NCBI GenBank assembly: GCA_018650285.1
Contig: JABIGF010000014.1
Coordinates: 683 to 64,682 of the forward strand
Length of the DNA: 64,000 nucleotides
DNA from: Methanobacteriota archaeon
GTDB taxonomy: Archaea; Thermoplasmatota; Poseidoniia; Poseidoniales; Thalassarchaeaceae
Direction: 5' to 3'
Below the pieces are notes generated by a model. The model saw nothing but the letters and a program-made list of their open reading frames with translations, made no database searches and was not told the DNA's origin. Below are positions 19,584-28,461 of the stretch, in pieces. The position numbers were made by a program, and so were the translations under genes. Position 1 is the first letter of the stretch. Each line of letters opens with the position of its first letter.

Positions 19584-21368
19584 ATGGAACCCATCATCAA
19601 CGATTTCACATTCAACATCGCCACAGCCAACGGGACTGGGTCCCAATCAGCAAACCTGATATTACTACAAACTATGTTTGAGATGGGTGTTCCTGTTAGT
19701 GGAAAAAACCTCTTTCCTTCTAATATCTCAGGACTACCTACATGGTATATCATCCGCGTCTCTGATGACGGTTACCAAGCACCAGGCGACCGAACTCACA
19801 TTCAAGTATTGATGAACAAAGTCACTTGGGAAAAGGATGTTGCGGCTCTTGAAGCCGGCACTATTGTCATCTACAATACCGATGTAAAAATGCCTGTTGA
19901 AAGGGATGATTTGGTTCTATACCCTATCCCAATGACAAAAATTGCTCGGGGGTTAAATCCAAAATTAGCTCGCATGATCTCTAACATGGTCTATGTCGGT
20001 GTTATTGCAGAAATCATTGGTCTTGACCAATCGGTTCTAGAGACTGCAATCATCAAACAATTCGATGGCAAAACAAAGGCAATTGAATTAAATTCTACTG
20101 CCATCACTTTGGGCCGTGAATATGTGGCAGAAAATTTTGAAGAAATGTGCCCTTATGTCATTGAATCAAGAGAAAAAGACCCTGATGCTTTCATTATTGA
20201 TGGAAACAAAGCTGTTGCTCTCGGCTCAATATTTGGTGGTGTTACAATGCTTTCATGGTATCCAATTACTCCATCCACATCTATTGCTGAAGATATCATC
20301 TCATACTTACCAAGTCTTCGTACAGATGAAGATGGAAATCTCACATGTGCTGTCATTCAAACTGAGGATGAACTAGCAGCAGCAGGAATGGTCGTTGGTG
20401 CCGGATGGGCTGGTGGCCGAGCAATGACTTGTACCTCAGGCCCGGGGATTTCATTGATGTCTGAATTTGTTGGACTTGCCTATTTCTCAGAAGTACCCGG
20501 AGTCATCTGGGATGTCAACCGCGCTGGCCCTTCAACCGGTTTACCAACAAGAACCCAACAAGGAGACCTTTCTATGCTCTTCGAACTTGGTCATGGGGAT
20601 ACGAAACATATCGTGTTAATCCCCGGCAACATGGCGGAATGTTTTGAATTTGGATGGCGTGCTTTTGACTTAGCAGAACGCTACCAAACCATCGTCTTCG
20701 GATTCTCTGACCTTGACCTTGGAATGAATCGCTGGGTCTGCAAAGGTTTTGATTATCCTGAGAAAGTAGACCGCGGGAAAGTCTTGCATTCACAATCTGA
20801 AATTGATGCGATTGGAAATTTCGGTAGATATCGTGACATAGATGGCGATGGGATTTGTTACAGAACATTACCCGGAAGTGGCCTTGAGCCAATTCTCTAT
20901 CGTGGAACCGGCCGTGACGAAGATGGAGCATATTCCGAAAATCCAGAAGTTTATGTTGCCAACATGGAGCGATTGAAAAGAAAAATTAACGGTGCAAGAA
21001 CCGTTCTCCCTCAACCTATTCTCAGAGAAGAACCTGAAAAACAAGTGGGGATTATCTATTATGGTTCAATGGAAAATACCATACAAGAAATTGATGATGT
21101 TTTAGAATCAACAGGGCTGAAAGTAAGCCAATGCAGAATACGCTCATTGCCAATATCTCCTGTCGTTGAAGAGTTCGTTGCATCTCACGAACAAATTATC
21201 GTCCTAGAAGTCAATCGTGATGGGCAGTTATATGGTATTCTGCGTAAAGAATTGCCTATTAATCTCGTACCACGGGTACACAGTGTAGCCTATTCTGATG
21301 GGCTTCCAACACGTGCAAGAAAATATGCCGATATGATTCGTGAAAAGTTACTTGAGGTGATGCCTTGA
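19584..21368 (+). CDS. korA: 2-oxoacid:ferredoxin oxidoreductase alpha subunit (gamma-alpha fusion)
   Basis: Motifs ATANGTGSQS, WYPITPSTS, EDELAA, TSGPGISLM and RAGPSTGLPTRTQQGD. Confidence 0.92.
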   Translation: MEPIINDFTFNIATANGTGSQSANLILLQTMFEMGVPVSGKNLFPSNISGLPTWYIIRVSDDGYQAPGDRTHIQVLMNKVTWEKDVAALEAGTIVIYNTDVKMPVERDDLVLYPIPMTKIARGLNPKLARMISNMVYVGVIAEIIGLDQSVLETAIIKQFDGKTKAIELNSTAITLGREYVAENFEEMCPYVIESREKDPDAFIIDGNKAVALGSIFGGVTMLSWYPITPSTSIAEDIISYLPSLRTDEDGNLTCAVIQTEDELAAAGMVVGAGWAGGRAMTCTSGPGISLMSEFVGLAYFSEVPGVIWDVNRAGPSTGLPTRTQQGDLSMLFELGHGDTKHIVLIPGNMAECFEFGWRAFDLAERYQTIVFGFSDLDLGMNRWVCKGFDYPEKVDRGKVLHSQSEIDAIGNFGRYRDIDGDGICYRTLPGSGLEPILYRGTGRDEDGAYSENPEVYVANMERLKRKINGARTVLPQPILREEPEKQVGIIYYGSMENTIQEIDDVLESTGLKVSQCRIRSLPISPVVEEFVASHEQIIVLEVNRDGQLYGILRKELPINLVPRVHSVAYSDGLPTRARKYADMIREKLLEVMP

Positions 21369-22387
21369 AGTTGAATATTATTGATTTACCAAAAGATGAT
21401 TACAAGGGCGGCCCATCTTCACTATGCCCTGGTTGTGGGCACGACCAAATTTCCAATGTTGTAATAAATGCTGCATGGGAAAATGGAATTGAACCTGATA
21501 GAATAGCAAAGATGAGCGGAATTGGTTGTTCATCAAAAACACCTGCATACTTCCTTGGGAAATCTCATGGTTTCAACACACTACATGGCAGAATGCCATC
21601 TGTCACCACTGGAGCAAATGTGACCAACAAAGATTTGCATTTCATCGCCGTCTCAGGCGATGGGGATACCGCGAGTATTGGAATCGGACAATTTGTCCAT
21701 GCAATCCGCAGAAACTTGAACATGGTTTACATCATTGAAAACAATGGTGTGTATGGATTGACAAAAGGGCAATACTCTGCAACAGTAGAAAAGGGCTCTC
21801 AGAAAAGAAAGGCCAAAATGAATGAGAGCCCACCAATTGACCTGTGCGCTATGGCAATTAACCTAGGTTGCACATTCGTAGCCCGCTCATTTTCAGGCTC
21901 AAAAAAGCAGTTGACTTCTCTGATGAAGGCAGCAATGAGTCATCGCGGTACTGCAATCATTGATGTGATTTCACCTTGTGTTACATTCAACAACAACGAT
22001 GAATCTTTCAGATCATACGGGTATGTCAAGGACAATCAGACCGAACTACACTCCTATGATTTCATTCCAAAATTCAAGCCCATTACAGAAGTGGAAGTAC
22101 CAGAAGGAGAATATAGGGACATCACTCTTTTTGACGGCTCTATTCTCAGACTTGAGACCATCGGAAGTGACCACGACCCATCGGATGCCGTAAACGCTCT
22201 TTCGCATATACACCATGCTGAACAAGAACAAAAACATGTGACTGGACTATTGTATCACAATCCTGTGCCAAAGACCCTAGATGAGATGCTCAACCTTTCC
22301 AATACTCCTCTAGCCGAACTTTCAGATGACATGATACGCCCAAGCGAAGAGAATTTAGAAGCACTGCTCAGTGAGTTGCGGTCATAA
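21365..22387 (+). CDS. korB: 2-oxoacid:ferredoxin oxidoreductase beta subunit
   Basis: Motifs LCPGCGH, SGIGCSSK, LHGR, TPP-binding GDGD...NN and SPCVTFN. Overlaps the korA stop; GAGGTGA SD-like sequence upstream. Confidence 0.92.
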   Translation: MKLNIIDLPKDDYKGGPSSLCPGCGHDQISNVVINAAWENGIEPDRIAKMSGIGCSSKTPAYFLGKSHGFNTLHGRMPSVTTGANVTNKDLHFIAVSGDGDTASIGIGQFVHAIRRNLNMVYIIENNGVYGLTKGQYSATVEKGSQKRKAKMNESPPIDLCAMAINLGCTFVARSFSGSKKQLTSLMKAAMSHRGTAIIDVISPCVTFNNNDESFRSYGYVKDNQTELHSYDFIPKFKPITEVEVPEGEYRDITLFDGSILRLETIGSDHDPSDAVNALSHIHHAEQEQKHVTGLLYHNPVPKTLDEMLNLSNTPLAELSDDMIRPSEENLEALLSELRS

Positions 22388-22424
22388 GCACGGTTTGAAA
22401 ACGAATGACCTCTCGTTGCATCTC

Positions 22425-23285
22425 ATGGGACCACACCTCACCATAGGGCATGCCACAACAAATGGGGAATTAGCACACACTTCCAATGTCCCACAATTTG
22501 GCCTAGGTACATTCCTAATGAGTGAACCAGGAGAATGCAAAAAAGCAGTATATACTGCTTTAGATATGGGCTACAAGCATATTGACACCGCAATGGCTTA
22601 TGCAAATGAGCATGAAGTCGGCCAGGCAATTGCTGAAGCAATTGAAAATGGAATTATCACACGAGAAGAGTTGTTTGTTACAACAAAACTTCGTCGTCCG
22701 CATGCACTTGGATTTGAAGAGGCGAAGCAACGTTGTCAAGAATCATTAAAAAATCTAGGCTTAGATTATGTTGACCTGTATCTAGTACATGCACCACCTG
22801 AAAATCTAGAACATCGAGAACCCACTTGGAAGGGGATGGAGGCTTGTCTTCTAGAAGGATGGACAAAGGCGATAGGGGTCTCAAACTATGGAGCCCATCA
22901 TCTAGACAAAATGCGAAGTTATGCAACTTACATGCCTGCAGTCAACCAAATAGAAGTTCACCCATGGCTACAGCGAGATGCTTTACGCGCTGCTACAGAA
23001 GCTGTTGGTGCAAAGGTGATGGCTTATTCTCCGCTAGCGAGAGGCCACAAAGTAAACGACAAGAAATTGGTGGAAATTGCAAAAAAGGTTGATTCTACAC
23101 CTGCTCAAGCGGCAATAAAATGGTGCTTAGATGCAGGGTGTATTACTGTACCAAAATCAAGTAATTCAGGACGAATTGGAGAGAACCTTGAGGCACTTAA
23201 GGTTGATTTGTCTTCACACATTGAAGCATTTCAGGCACTTGACGAGCACTATATTTCAGGATGGGATCCTACTTCCGAAGCGTGA
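22425..23285 (+). CDS. Aldo/keto reductase
   Basis: Motifs FGLGT, HIDTAMAY, LFVTTKL, DYVDLYLVH, IGVSNY, NQIEVHP and VPKS. Confidence 0.93.
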   Translation: MGPHLTIGHATTNGELAHTSNVPQFGLGTFLMSEPGECKKAVYTALDMGYKHIDTAMAYANEHEVGQAIAEAIENGIITREELFVTTKLRRPHALGFEEAKQRCQESLKNLGLDYVDLYLVHAPPENLEHREPTWKGMEACLLEGWTKAIGVSNYGAHHLDKMRSYATYMPAVNQIEVHPWLQRDALRAATEAVGAKVMAYSPLARGHKVNDKKLVEIAKKVDSTPAQAAIKWCLDAGCITVPKSSNSGRIGENLEALKVDLSSHIEAFQALDEHYISGWDPTSEA

Positions 23286-23294
23286 GGCGATAAC

Positions 23295-23510
23295 ATGGAA
23301 TGGTATTGGTGGGCTGCAATTATTGTTGGTATCCTCATCATTTTACCAGACCCTATTGGAATACTAATTGGCCTACTACTTGACCGCTGGTTCAATGAAT
23401 TTGAAGAAAAGGGAATTGACGTTAGTACAAGCCGCCACAAAAAATTGCGTGAATCGGGCCAAACCCGAGATTTCAGCGACAACAATTCAGAGGTGGGACC
23501 TGATGATTGA
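23295..23510 (+). CDS. Small single-pass membrane protein
   Basis: 71 aa with a hydrophobic N-terminus; follows the reductase after a GAGG SD-like sequence. Confidence 0.6.
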   Translation: MEWYWWAAIIVGILIILPDPIGILIGLLLDRWFNEFEEKGIDVSTSRHKKLRESGQTRDFSDNNSEVGPDD

Positions 23511-23576
23511 AACTTCAATATTGAGTGGCTATCGGTTGGCTTGAAATAACCGAGGCTTCTCCCCACATATACGCAC

Positions 23577-23652
23577 AGCCCCTTAGTGTAGCGGTCCATC
23601 ATCTGTGACTCTGGATCATAGGACTCCAGTTCAAATCTGGAAGGGGCTACCA
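23577..23652 (+). tRNA. tRNA-Gln (anticodon CUG), CCA encoded
   Basis: Acceptor AGCCCCT/AGGGGCT; anticodon arm TGTGA-CT-CTG-GA-TCATA; T arm TCCAG-TTCAAAT-CTGGA; ends ACCA. The A1-U72 pair is typical of archaeal tRNA-Gln. Confidence 0.96.
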
Positions 23653-23727
23653 TTCACAATGAAATGGTTGTTTGAATGTTGCATGCATCTACTATTTTGA
23701 GAAAAAAGATAGAAGAATTCTGCCGAA

Positions 23728-24234
23728 TCAAGAGATTAATTTGCTTAAACTATCAACCACTGCGGTGATGCTTGCAGGATTCGCTTCTTTCCACGACTTA
23801 GAAATTACAACACGCCCAACTATTGTGCAACCTAAGAATGCAAATTGCATTCTCATTGCAGAAATAATGTATTCCCCGCCACCACCAGATGCAGTAGCGA
23901 GTCCAACTGGTTTACCATTAAACAAGGCTCGAAAATCCTCGCCTTCTTTAGATAACCATGAGACAGTATTAGCTAGAGATGGGGGGGTCAAACCATTGTA
24001 CTCAGGAGCACAAATAACCCAAGCATCTGCTGAAGAAAGGCGCTGCATTAATTCAGACATCCCATCAAGTGGCATTATTGTTCTTGCCAATTCTGGTGTA
24101 AAAAGTGGGAAGTTAAGTCCGCACAAGTCAACAATATCTGCTTCAAAACCTTTGTTTTCAACTTCTTCGGCAAATTTTTCAGCCAATTCCATGTTCTTCC
24201 CAGTCGATGCTGCCCAAATTGCAACCGTCACCAT
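23728..24234 (-). CDS. NAD(P)H-dependent FMN reductase
   Basis: Motifs APEYNG, LANTVSWLS and FNGKPVGLATASGGGG. Confidence 0.88.
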   Translation of the reverse strand: MVTVAIWAASTGKNMELAEKFAEEVENKGFEADIVDLCGLNFPLFTPELARTIMPLDGMSELMQRLSSADAWVICAPEYNGLTPPSLANTVSWLSKEGEDFRALFNGKPVGLATASGGGGEYIISAMRMQFAFLGCTIVGRVVISKSWKEANPASITAVVDSLSKLIS

Positions 24235-24298
24235 AAAAATATGGCATAGATAATGACATTTGAACCGTTGTCTGTAAAATAAAATTAAAATTTAATAA

Positions 24299-24457
24299 TT
24301 ATATTAATCGATAGGCATATCTTGATACCCATCCCAACATTAAGAGAATCATAAACCAAGCAAGAGAAATACGTGAAATGCGTGAAATAAACGCCTTCCT
24401 TTTTCGCTCTTTTTCCACCTCTTCAAGAAGTGGAGCGAGGGGGTCATCCCGGCTCAT
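24299..24457 (-). CDS. Small membrane protein
   Basis: About 52 aa (MSRDDPLAP...) with a C-terminal hydrophobic helix; TTGAAA 24 nt upstream on the minus strand. Confidence 0.55.
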   Translation of the reverse strand: MSRDDPLAPLLEEVEKERKRKAFISRISRISLAWFMILLMLGWVSRYAYRLI

Positions 24458-24511
24458 GTATCCTCGGATAGGTGCAAGAGATTTCAAGCGAGGGGGTCTG
24501 TGGGTATATTG

Positions 24512-26038
24512 ATGAGCGAAGTGCCTGAAGGATTCGCACCCCCAAAAACGGAGGAGGCTCGCATTCGCCCATCAGCATCTTTAGTTGCAACAAGAGATGG
24601 TTCAAATGGTATTGAAATCTTATTTTGTCATAGAGTCCCACAAATGCCTTCCTTCCCTGATTTTTGGGCCTTCCCTGGTGGAGGAGTAACTCGTTTTGAC
24701 CGCAATGCAGCAGAAGAATTGACTCAATTATCAGCAGATGAAAACGGTGCTGCTCTTGTCGCCTTAATGCGGGAAATGGTAGAAGAGATAGGTTGGATGA
24801 ATAGCCAAGAAGGCGTAGTAATCGTAGACAGCACAAGTAGAGATTCTGTTGTGGAAAATGGCAAAAATTGGCATCCACTTGTAATACAAGGGGAACTATT
24901 AGCAGAACCTGCAAGATTCAAATTAATTTCAATCAGAACCACGCCACCCCTATCTCCTATGCGATTTACCAACCGCTTTTTCCATCTTCATGATACATCT
25001 CCTCCTGAACCAACCGTGCCAAATGGCCGCAGTGAATTTGATGAATTCCGTTGGCTAACACCTAAGCAAGCACTTGATGCTTGGAATAATAGTGAAATGA
25101 GAATTCCACCACCTCAAATTACTCTTCTACGTGATATGATAATACATCTTGAAAAAACAGGAGGAGATATTGAATCTGCTACTACAACAATGTGTGAAAA
25201 CCCACCTTGTGGTGAGCATAGAATTGAATTTGCACCAAGTGTTGAATGTATACCTCTCCCAACCTATACACTGCCTCCAGCCACCCATACTAATTGCTAC
25301 ATCATTGGAGATTGCGGCGGCGACTTAATTGTCGTTGATCCTGCTGCAAAAACAGATGAAGGGCTCACATATCTAGAGCGACGAATAAGGGTGGCAGAAG
25401 AAAAAGGAGGAACGGTGATTGCCACAATTTTCACACATCGACACCCAGACCACATAGGTGATTTAACAAAAATCTCAAACATCTATCAAGCGCCTATTTG
25501 GGCCACTGAAGAAACACATTCCGTGATTCCTTCTTGCGATACTGATAGAATACTAAGTGAAGGTGATTCTTTCACTTTAGGTGAAAAGAGATGGGATGTC
25601 TTGGAAACTCCAGGACACTGCCCCGGGCATATTTGTCTTTCAAGTGATGTGGGTATGATTTCAGGCGACATGGCTGTAATGGTTGGAACTATTCTCATCC
25701 CGCCAAGTGATGGAGATATGGCTCAATACCTATCTAGTCTTGAAAGAATGCGTGACTTGAAACCACCCATTCTATTACCTGCGCACGGACCTCTTTCCCC
25801 AGTGCCAGAAAAACTACTAAATCATTATCTAAAACATAGAAGAGCTAGGCATGATAGAGTACTAGATGCGGTCAAGAATGGTATTAGTGAAATAACTCAA
25901 ATTGCCAACTATACCTACGAAGATACACCTGATGCTCATCCAATTCTCAAAGTTGACCAAACTCTATCCCACCTACACACGCACGAAAGAGATGGTAATG
26001 TTAAACAGATTCAAGGCAATTGGCATCTTGCAGACTAA
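24512..26038 (+). CDS. Nudix hydrolase / metallo-beta-lactamase-fold fusion protein
   Basis: Nudix WAFPGG...REMVEE with TPP..RF; MBL motifs THRHPDH, TPGHCPGH, SGD and PAHG; C-terminal winged-helix-like region. Confidence 0.88.
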   Translation: MSEVPEGFAPPKTEEARIRPSASLVATRDGSNGIEILFCHRVPQMPSFPDFWAFPGGGVTRFDRNAAEELTQLSADENGAALVALMREMVEEIGWMNSQEGVVIVDSTSRDSVVENGKNWHPLVIQGELLAEPARFKLISIRTTPPLSPMRFTNRFFHLHDTSPPEPTVPNGRSEFDEFRWLTPKQALDAWNNSEMRIPPPQITLLRDMIIHLEKTGGDIESATTTMCENPPCGEHRIEFAPSVECIPLPTYTLPPATHTNCYIIGDCGGDLIVVDPAAKTDEGLTYLERRIRVAEEKGGTVIATIFTHRHPDHIGDLTKISNIYQAPIWATEETHSVIPSCDTDRILSEGDSFTLGEKRWDVLETPGHCPGHICLSSDVGMISGDMAVMVGTILIPPSDGDMAQYLSSLERMRDLKPPILLPAHGPLSPVPEKLLNHYLKHRRARHDRVLDAVKNGISEITQIANYTYEDTPDAHPILKVDQTLSHLHTHERDGNVKQIQGNWHLAD

Positions 26039-26051
26039 ATGAGGGGATTAG

Positions 26052-27629
26052 ATGGTCACAAATAATTCTGAAATCAAATTTAATCCTCAAATGTGTGAGT
26101 GTAACAATGTCCCAATTAGTGAATGTGAAGATACAGGGTGTTTGAACTGTGATTGTGACACATATTTACCAAAATGGTTCTGTTGGACTTGGCCTAGTTC
26201 TTTTTGGTGGTGGGTACTTTGGTCAGCGGGATGTGTGTTGTTGGGATTTGGATTATTTTCTAGCATAACATCATTATTAGGCACTAAAAGTGGAGCAGGT
26301 TTGATTCCATTACTTTTGTGCGCACCTGGCTTATTTATGATGGGATTTGCTAGCCCCAACCCATTCCAACAAATGATGAATGTTGCAGTTCCCAATACTC
26401 AAATTGGTGAATGGAATGTTGATCCAAAGCCACCAATGGAATCATCTCAATGGCATTTAAACAGGCTGGAATGGAATGAAAAGTTGGGAGAATGGATTCC
26501 TAATCCATTGTCAAGATATGAACAAGACGGCCCCACTATTTCTGTAACACAAGATGGTGAGGAATGGATTTTATTAATGGATGATGAAGAAATGGGTAGG
26601 TTTGATTCTGAAATAGAAGCATCAAAGGAAATGATGAAATCATTGAAAAAATCAGACAAATTAGATGCACAGGAAATGATATTTTCCGAACACCCTCGCC
26701 ATAATCGTTTCAGAGCCCTATTTAATGCGTCACCACCTCAATTTTCCGCCACCTTTTTCCTTTACATTTTTTCTGTGTTGTTTCTAATGGGTGGTTGGTT
26801 TGGTTTCCCTAAGGATGCAAGAATCGAATTATTTGGAATTACTGTTGGATTGATGTTACTTGGAGCAGCGAACTTGTCAATTTCATTTTACAACAATAGG
26901 AAAATCTTGGAAGCATGGGATACAGTAACTTCAATTGTGAAATTTGTTGATGCTGGTCACAATGAATTTGTTGGGCAAGTTCGCCCAATTAACGATGTTT
27001 CAAATTCAGTATTGCATGTTGATGGCTGCAAAGACAAGAGTTGGACATTCAGAAATTTAGCTGTGTGGTCATGGTCTTATGACGCTACAGAAACATGGAC
27101 CGAACGATATTACGATTCTAATGAAAAGAAATGGAAAACGCGAACTAGAAGAGAAACAAGGCATGTTCGTGGTGGCAACCATGTTTCGGATTATCTACTA
27201 CATGATGGGACTGGGGGGATTTTAGTAAAAACATCTACTTTTGAAGATTTCAACACAGGTCCTGCAATATGGTCTAGTAATAAACGTGGTAAGAAGGGAT
27301 GTGGGCCTTATGATAGACCACGACATGGCGGATCAATGAGCCATGATTGGTCATTATATGCACTCGCTTTTGGAGACCCTACCTATGTCATGGCTAGAGT
27401 AACAAATAGGCCGCATGATGATATCCCAAGAGGGACTGTTTCAGAAAATGCCAGTAGAGTACATCACACATTGATGGCTATTGGGGAAGATGCACCGCGT
27501 AGGCATGCTAGGATATTGAAGGGGACTGAGTTTTCAGTATTGAAGCCAAAGAGGTCGGCATTTGGAAACTTTGGACCTTCGGCTTTGCTAATTATTTCAA
27601 TGCTAATCGTGCTGATGACATCAATGTAA
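26052..27629 (+). CDS. Multi-pass membrane protein with a GIDE-like domain and Cys-rich N-terminus
   Basis: Several TM segments; DTVTSIVKFVDAGHNEFVG and LLHDGTGGILV resemble the GIDE-family pattern; adjacent to lemA. Confidence 0.55.
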   Translation: MVTNNSEIKFNPQMCECNNVPISECEDTGCLNCDCDTYLPKWFCWTWPSSFWWWVLWSAGCVLLGFGLFSSITSLLGTKSGAGLIPLLLCAPGLFMMGFASPNPFQQMMNVAVPNTQIGEWNVDPKPPMESSQWHLNRLEWNEKLGEWIPNPLSRYEQDGPTISVTQDGEEWILLMDDEEMGRFDSEIEASKEMMKSLKKSDKLDAQEMIFSEHPRHNRFRALFNASPPQFSATFFLYIFSVLFLMGGWFGFPKDARIELFGITVGLMLLGAANLSISFYNNRKILEAWDTVTSIVKFVDAGHNEFVGQVRPINDVSNSVLHVDGCKDKSWTFRNLAVWSWSYDATETWTERYYDSNEKKWKTRTRRETRHVRGGNHVSDYLLHDGTGGILVKTSTFEDFNTGPAIWSSNKRGKKGCGPYDRPRHGGSMSHDWSLYALAFGDPTYVMARVTNRPHDDIPRGTVSENASRVHHTLMAIGEDAPRRHARILKGTEFSVLKPKRSAFGNFGPSALLIISMLIVLMTSM

Positions 27630-27631
27630 TA

Positions 27632-28366
27632 TTATTCAGCTTCAGCCATTTGTTCCTTTAGTGCTGCAAGTTCTGCCTTTGCTTTCATCAGTTCTGTCTC
27701 AGCCTCAATTGCAGCGATTTCATCCTTTAATTCCTCGGTTTTCAAATCTGCTTCTGATTGCTTTGACTCTACAAAACTACCAAGACTTGCTCGGCGGTCA
27801 AACATCTGTTCAACTTGCTCTCTAGAGTATATATCAAACAAATCTGCACGCTCGAATCCAAACATTCGGGCAACAAGTAATGTGGGAAACATCTCTGTAA
27901 CGGTGTTGTAATTCTTTGCTGCTTGATTGTATTCTTCAACTTCATTCGCCATCTTTGCTATTGCTTGAACACCTTCTTCAAGTCCAGCAACCAAAACATT
28001 GTGAGAAGTTAGTTGTGGGTTATCTTCTGCAAATGCAAGAACTTGGGGGATGACAGAATCTAGCAAACCATTTGCTGCCATCATGTCTCCTCTATTGCCA
28101 CTGCTTTTTGCTTCGGCAAATTTCTTTCGAGCATTGACGATTTTGTCATATACTGCGCTTTCTAATCCTAATTGCGCTAAATCGGTTTCTTCAACTAAAG
28201 CAACTTTCTGGTCTTTAACACCAATTTGTGTTTCTAAATTCTGATATTGGTTTTCAACTTCATTACGAAGGTCAACCATTCTGTTATATGCACTAATTAT
28301 CCAAAATAATAGCATCAACAATATGATGACAGACACTACTACCATTAACAATAAGGCTCCAGCCAT
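27632..28366 (-). CDS. lemA: LemA family protein
   Basis: N-terminal TM segment, YNRMVDLRNEVEN, AFAEDNPQL and YNQAAKNYN...FPTLLVARMFGF; extra coiled-coil tail. Confidence 0.88.
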   Translation of the reverse strand: MAGALLLMVVVSVIILLMLLFWIISAYNRMVDLRNEVENQYQNLETQIGVKDQKVALVEETDLAQLGLESAVYDKIVNARKKFAEAKSSGNRGDMMAANGLLDSVIPQVLAFAEDNPQLTSHNVLVAGLEEGVQAIAKMANEVEEYNQAAKNYNTVTEMFPTLLVARMFGFERADLFDIYSREQVEQMFDRRASLGSFVESKQSEADLKTEELKDEIAAIEAETELMKAKAELAALKEQMAEAE

Positions 28367-28461
28367 GCTATTCGGGACAACTGTTTCACCTATCAGTCTA
28401 TGGCCGTCTGCAAGAATGATATTATGACGAGTTTGATGAAGGGTCGGCGCTGGGACGTTAA

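Noticed and set aside
23249..23653. 134-aa minus-strand ORF (and the similar 60407-60628 ORF)
   Set aside because: These are shadow ORFs over tRNA genes and real CDSs.
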